A stretch of 64,000 bases of DNA, taken from Nannocystis bainbridge (GTDB lineage: Bacteria > Myxococcota_A > Polyangia > Nannocystales > Nannocystaceae). The notes beneath the pieces were generated by a model that was given only the letters and a program-made list of their open reading frames with translations, did no database searches and had not been told where the DNA came from. The position numbers were made by a program, and so were the translations under genes. Positions 58,245 to 64,000 of the stretch are shown in pieces; within the stretch, counting starts at the first letter, position 1; each line of letters starts with the position of its first letter. The DNA lies in the NCBI RefSeq assembly GCF_028368995.1, contig NZ_JAQNDL010000004.1, forward strand, positions 384,001-448,000, written 5' to 3'.

Positions 58245-60224
58245 ATGCCTCGCCTGCGCCTCGAGTGGATCGCCGTCGCCTCGCTGACGGCGTGCGGTGC
58301 GACGCCCACCGCCGACACGGCCGCGGGTCGGCCGGTGTCGGCAAGCCCGGCCACGCCGGTGACCGCGAGCGCCCCGGCGCCGCTCGAGACGACGGCGCCG
58401 CCGGCCGCGGCAACGCCGGCTCCGACGCCGCTACCGCTGCCGACCGCGGCCGATGCCGGGACCTGTCCGGCCGCCGACGATCGGGCCTATGGGATCTTGG
58501 TGTCACCGCAGCGGCCGGCGGTCGGGCAGCCGATGCGGGTGCTGGCGGCGACGCTGGCGGGCGAAGAGGCGCTGGCGCTGCGGGTCGAGGGCGGGGCTGA
58601 CCCTTCGGACATGCGCTTTTGGACAGGCGCTCCGGCGGCGGCGCTGGCGACGGTGACGCCGGACAGGGCGGGCGAGCTGACGATCGTCGCGGGCCGCGGC
58701 GGGGTCGGCAAGGTCTGCCTCAAAGTGAAGGTGCGCGAGCGGGCCGGGCGCGACGCACCGCCGCCGGCGAGCACGGCGGTGTGGCCGAGCCAGCGCGCGT
58801 GGGACAGCGGGGAAGAGGCGCTGTACTCGGCGTGGGTGCGGGCGCTGTTCCACGCCGAGCCGGGCGTCGACCTGGCCTACACGGCGTTCGATCAGGTGAC
58901 GCGCGATCCGGTCCGCAACATCCTTCATGACGCGTTCGCGTGGGGCGAGGACGCGGCGCCGCAGCAGGGCGGGCTGCACATGCGGCCGGACTGCGCCGAC
59001 ACGCCGTACTTCCTGCGCGCGTACTACAGCTGGAAGCGGGCGCTGCCGTTCGCTTTCCGCGGCTGCTCGCGCGGGGGGCCGGGCAAGCCGCCGCGCTGCG
59101 GCGAGACGACCAGCAACCTGGCGGCGCCGGGTGGGTCGGGGCCGCAGCCGGGGCAGCTCGGGGCGGTGCAACACTTCATGCGGCGCACGCTGGCGTGGGG
59201 GGTGCACACGGGCAACGGGCGGGTGGCGCTGGGCGACGAGCGCAGCGACCTCTATCCGGTGCGACTCGATCGCCGGTCGCTGCGGCCGGGCACGGTCTAC
59301 GCCGATCCTTACGGGCACATCCTGGTGCTGGTGGAGCTGTTCGCCGGCGAGGGCGGGCGGCCGGGGGTGCTGTACGCGGTCGACGGTCAGCCCGACGGCA
59401 GCATCACGCGCAAGCGGTTCTGGGAGGGCAACTTCCTGTGGAACCCGGACCCGCTGCTCGGCGGATCGGGGTTCAAGAATTTCCGGCCGATCGCGATCCG
59501 TGACGGGGCGGCGACGCCGCTGACGGATGCCGAGATCGCGGCCCACGGCGACTACGGCGACCTGTCCCAAGAGCAAGGTACGCTGGCGGGCCCGGCGTTC
59601 TACGACCGCATGGAGGCGATCGTGTCGCCAGGCGCGCGCGACCCGTTCCTCGCCCAGGAGGAGGCGGTCGCGGCGCTGTTCGAGCAGGCGCGAGTGCGGG
59701 TGACGTCGGTCGGCAACGGTGAGGCGTTCTTCAAGCAGAGCCCGGGGGCGACGATCGCGATGCCGGAGGGGTTCGCGGTGTTCGAGACGACGGGCTCGTG
59801 GGAGTCGTACTCGACGCCGGCCCGCGACCTGCGGCTGCTGATCGCCATCGACGTGGTCCGCGACTTCGCCGACAAGGTGCGACGTCAGCCGGCGGTGTTC
59901 GCGGCGGAGAACGACCTCGAGGGCGTGGTGCGCCGGCTCGGCGAGGCGCGCGACAAGCTGCTCGCCGATCCGAAGTTCCGCTTCGAGTACGTGCGCAGCG
60001 ACGGATCGAAGTGGCCGCTCGGGCTCGGCGAACTGGTGGCCCGGGGGCGCGCGCTCGAGGTCGCTTACAACCCGAACGACTGCCCGGAGCACCGCTGGGG
60101 CGCGCCCGCCGGCAGCGAGGAGGCGAAGCCTTGCTCGCGCCGGGCACCGAACGAGCAGCAGACGAAGATGGAGCGCTATCGGGAGTGGTTCTCGGCGCGC
60201 AAGCGGCCGGCCCGCGGGACCTGA
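58245..60224 (+). CDS. Large hypothetical lipoprotein with candidate Cys/His catalytic pair
   Basis: IAVASLTAC lipobox, Pro/Thr/Ala linker, PDCADTPYFLRAYYSWK and PGTVYADPYGHILV. Confidence 0.75.
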   Translation: MPRLRLEWIAVASLTACGATPTADTAAGRPVSASPATPVTASAPAPLETTAPPAAATPAPTPLPLPTAADAGTCPAADDRAYGILVSPQRPAVGQPMRVLAATLAGEEALALRVEGGADPSDMRFWTGAPAAALATVTPDRAGELTIVAGRGGVGKVCLKVKVRERAGRDAPPPASTAVWPSQRAWDSGEEALYSAWVRALFHAEPGVDLAYTAFDQVTRDPVRNILHDAFAWGEDAAPQQGGLHMRPDCADTPYFLRAYYSWKRALPFAFRGCSRGGPGKPPRCGETTSNLAAPGGSGPQPGQLGAVQHFMRRTLAWGVHTGNGRVALGDERSDLYPVRLDRRSLRPGTVYADPYGHILVLVELFAGEGGRPGVLYAVDGQPDGSITRKRFWEGNFLWNPDPLLGGSGFKNFRPIAIRDGAATPLTDAEIAAHGDYGDLSQEQGTLAGPAFYDRMEAIVSPGARDPFLAQEEAVAALFEQARVRVTSVGNGEAFFKQSPGATIAMPEGFAVFETTGSWESYSTPARDLRLLIAIDVVRDFADKVRRQPAVFAAENDLEGVVRRLGEARDKLLADPKFRFEYVRSDGSKWPLGLGELVARGRALEVAYNPNDCPEHRWGAPAGSEEAKPCSRRAPNEQQTKMERYREWFSARKRPARGT

Positions 60225-60407
60225 GGAGTCGGGTCGGTCGCGGCGCGGGCGACGGTGAGGCGCGACGAGCGAGTCTCGCGCCCGGCACGCGGGACCCGGG
60301 GCGCGACGAGCGAGTCGTTCGCGCCCGGCTCGGGGGACTCGAGGCGCGGCGAAGTGCGAGTCACTCGTCGGTGTGACGAAGCAGTGACGCGCGGACAGTC
60401 GGCCGGA

Positions 60408-60851
60408 TCAGGCGCCGGCGTCGCGCGGCGGGCGGACGACGAGGACGCTGCAGTGGGCGTGATTGACGACGCGGGCAGCGGTGGTGCCGAGCAGGCGATC
60501 GAGGGTGTCGAAGCCGTGGCTACCGATGATGATGAGGTCGGCGCCGATGGCGTCGGCGACCTCGCAAATCACCTGCGCGGGTCGGCCGAGGCGGACGTGG
60601 ATCTCGCCGGCGAGCGAGGCCGTGAGGGAGCCTCGCAGGTTCACGAGGTCCTGGTGCGCGAGCTCCACCAGGCGCGCGCCGAGCTCTTCGCCGCTGAGCG
60701 ACCAGGCTTCGACGGGCATGCCGATCGGGACGTTGACGGCCCGGCACAGGTCGAGCGCGGCGCCGTGGCTGGCGGCGAGCTGCGCGGCCTGGCGGAGGAC
60801 GAGGTCGGTCCGCGAGGACCCGTCGAGGGCGGCGAGGATGCGGGTGTACAT
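60408..60851 (-). CDS. Universal stress protein
   Basis: RILAALDGS, GRPAQVI, ADLIIIGSHG, LLGTTAARVVNHAHCSVLVV. Confidence 0.93.
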   Translation of the reverse strand: MYTRILAALDGSSRTDLVLRQAAQLAASHGAALDLCRAVNVPIGMPVEAWSLSGEELGARLVELAHQDLVNLRGSLTASLAGEIHVRLGRPAQVICEVADAIGADLIIIGSHGFDTLDRLLGTTAARVVNHAHCSVLVVRPPRDAGA

Positions 60852-60926
60852 GCGCGGACAATTTAGATCGTCGGCGCGAGGTTGTTCACCTTTTCGATGT
60901 GCGCGGGAGAGCGTAGCCTCCCGGCC

Positions 60927-61352
60927 ATGGTCGACCAATCCACCCCGGTCCGCGACGTGATGACGCCGGCCCCGATCACGATCGGCCGCGCGCAGACGCT
61001 GTCCGACGCGGCTCGGCGGATGCACGAGCACCACGTCCCTCACTTGCCCGTGCTCGAGGGCGGCTACTTGTTCGGGGTCCTCAGCGAGCGGGACATCGAC
61101 CTGGTCGAGAACCTGCCGGACGTGGACCCGGACGCGGTCAAGGTCGAGGAGGCGATGACGCAGGACCCGTACCGCGTCGGCCCGGACGTGACGGTGGGTG
61201 AGGTGGTCCGGACGATGGCGGCCCACAAGTACGGCTCGGCGGTGGTGATGCACGAGGGCCGCGTGGCCGGGATCTTCACCACGGCCGACGCCATGAACCT
61301 GCTGGCCGCGGTCCTGGCGCCCGCCGCTCCGCCCGCCGCCGAAGGTGTATGA
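60927..61352 (+). CDS. CBS-pair protein
   Basis: VRDVMTP, HLPVL..GVLSERD, VEEAMT, GIFTTAD. Confidence 0.9.
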   Translation: MVDQSTPVRDVMTPAPITIGRAQTLSDAARRMHEHHVPHLPVLEGGYLFGVLSERDIDLVENLPDVDPDAVKVEEAMTQDPYRVGPDVTVGEVVRTMAAHKYGSAVVMHEGRVAGIFTTADAMNLLAAVLAPAAPPAAEGV

Positions 61353-61380
61353 TGCACCCGCGCCAGGCTGCGGGGCGAAC

Positions 61381-62090
61381 ATGAGCGGGCTGATTCTCAT
61401 CGTCGAAGACGAACGCGACCTGGTGGCGACCCTCGAGTACGCGCTCGATCGCGAGGGGTTCCGCACCCGGTCGGCCTACACCGGTCGACAAGCGCTCGAG
61501 ATCGCGGTGACCGAGCCGGCACCCGACCTCGTGCTGCTCGACCTGATGCTGCCCGACATGTCCGGGACGCAGGTGTGCCAGCAGCTCCGCGCCAACGAGC
61601 GCACGCGGGCGATGCCGGTGATCATGATGACGGCCAAGGCCGAGGAGGTCGATCGCGTGGTCGGCTTCGAGGTCGGCGCCGACGACTACGTGGTCAAGCC
61701 GTTCAGCCTGCGCGAGCTGATGCTGCGGATCCGGGCGGTGCTGCGGCGCAAGACCCCGGCCGAGACGCCGCTGGCGCCGACGCCGTACGGGCGGCTGCGC
61801 GTCGACATGGACGGCCATCGCGTGTGGGTCGACGACACCGAGGTGACGCTGACGGCGCTCGAGTTCCGCCTGCTGACGACGCTGATCGCTCGCCGCGGCC
61901 GGGTCCAGACCCGCGACGCGCTGCTGGCCGACGTGTGGGGCGTGCAGCCGGGGCTGACGACGCGCACGGTCGACACGCACGTCCGGCGCCTGCGCAAGAA
62001 GCTGGGCGAGATCGCCGACTACGTGCAGACGCTGCGCGGGGTGGGCTACCGCTTCACGACCGACCTGCGCGCGTCCGAGGACGACGAACC

Positions 62091-62094
<4 letters not shown>
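61381..62094 (+). CDS. phoB: OmpR/PhoB-family response regulator (PhoB-like)
   Basis: ILIVEDE, LLDLMLPD, GADDYVVKPFS, LTALEFRLL, RTVDTHVRRLRKKL, TLRGVGY. Confidence 0.85.
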
Positions 62095-63821
<1,727 letters not shown>

Positions 63822-63822
63822 G

Positions 63823-63885
63823 CAGGGCCTTTCAGACAGGTCGTGAAGGACAGGTCGTCGAGGACATGGCCGACTGGGCATGTCC
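63823..63885. repeat. 14-bp phased palindrome array, convergent junction
   Basis: CAGG 63823, 63837, 63851; CATG 63865, 63879. Confidence 0.88.
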
Positions 63886-63900
63886 TTTGCGACTCACGGG

Positions 63901-64000
63901 TCAGGGCAGCAGGGCGTCGGCGAGCACGTCGAGCAGGGCGCTGTCCTGGGTGTCGCCGGCCAGCTCCCAGAACATCGCGCCGCCGAGGGCCTTGGCGGTG
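63901..64000 (-). CDS. C-terminus of a probable GH18 chitinase (partial)
   Basis: Manual translation ...KALGGAMFWELAGD..LLDVLADALLP*; LGGAMFWEL is the last barrel strand of GH18 enzymes. Confidence 0.7.
   Translation of the reverse strand, partial: TAKALGGAMFWELAGDTQDSALLDVLADALLP

Overview
Very GC-rich bacterial chromosome segment, most likely a Nannocystis/Polyangium-type myxobacterium (inferred from Cys-rich lipoproteins, Ser/Thr kinases, a kinase-fused sigma54 activator and GltA/B-like outer-membrane barrels). About 50 credible genes, including lapA/lapB-like, ftsY, smc, aat, hemH, an Sfp-type PPTase, trpS, tnaA, trpB2, serA-like and phoB/phoR-like. I saw no rRNA, tRNA, CRISPR, transposase or integrase. 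The most striking unexplained signal is non-coding in nature. A degenerate 14-bp palindrome (consensus TGTCC-N4-GGACA) occurs throughout the window and polymerises head-to-tail, so CATG (or CAGG/CCTG) recurs at exactly 14-bp intervals while the intervening bases vary. These phased arrays sit at gene 3' ends and convergent junctions, and also in frame inside proteins (SMC hinge, activator linkers, CYTH loop, Aat tail). Other candidate systems: (1) a same-strand trpB2 / GAF histidine kinase / tryptophanase / response regulator / roadblock / TrpRS cluster suggesting indole or Trp signalling; (2) an HD-phosphohydrolase + Pol-beta nucleotidyltransferase + HAD module facing EVE + CYTH; (3) a lower-GC ABC-type ATPase + TOPRIM-like pair. 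All calls are from manual motif reading; no database searches were run.
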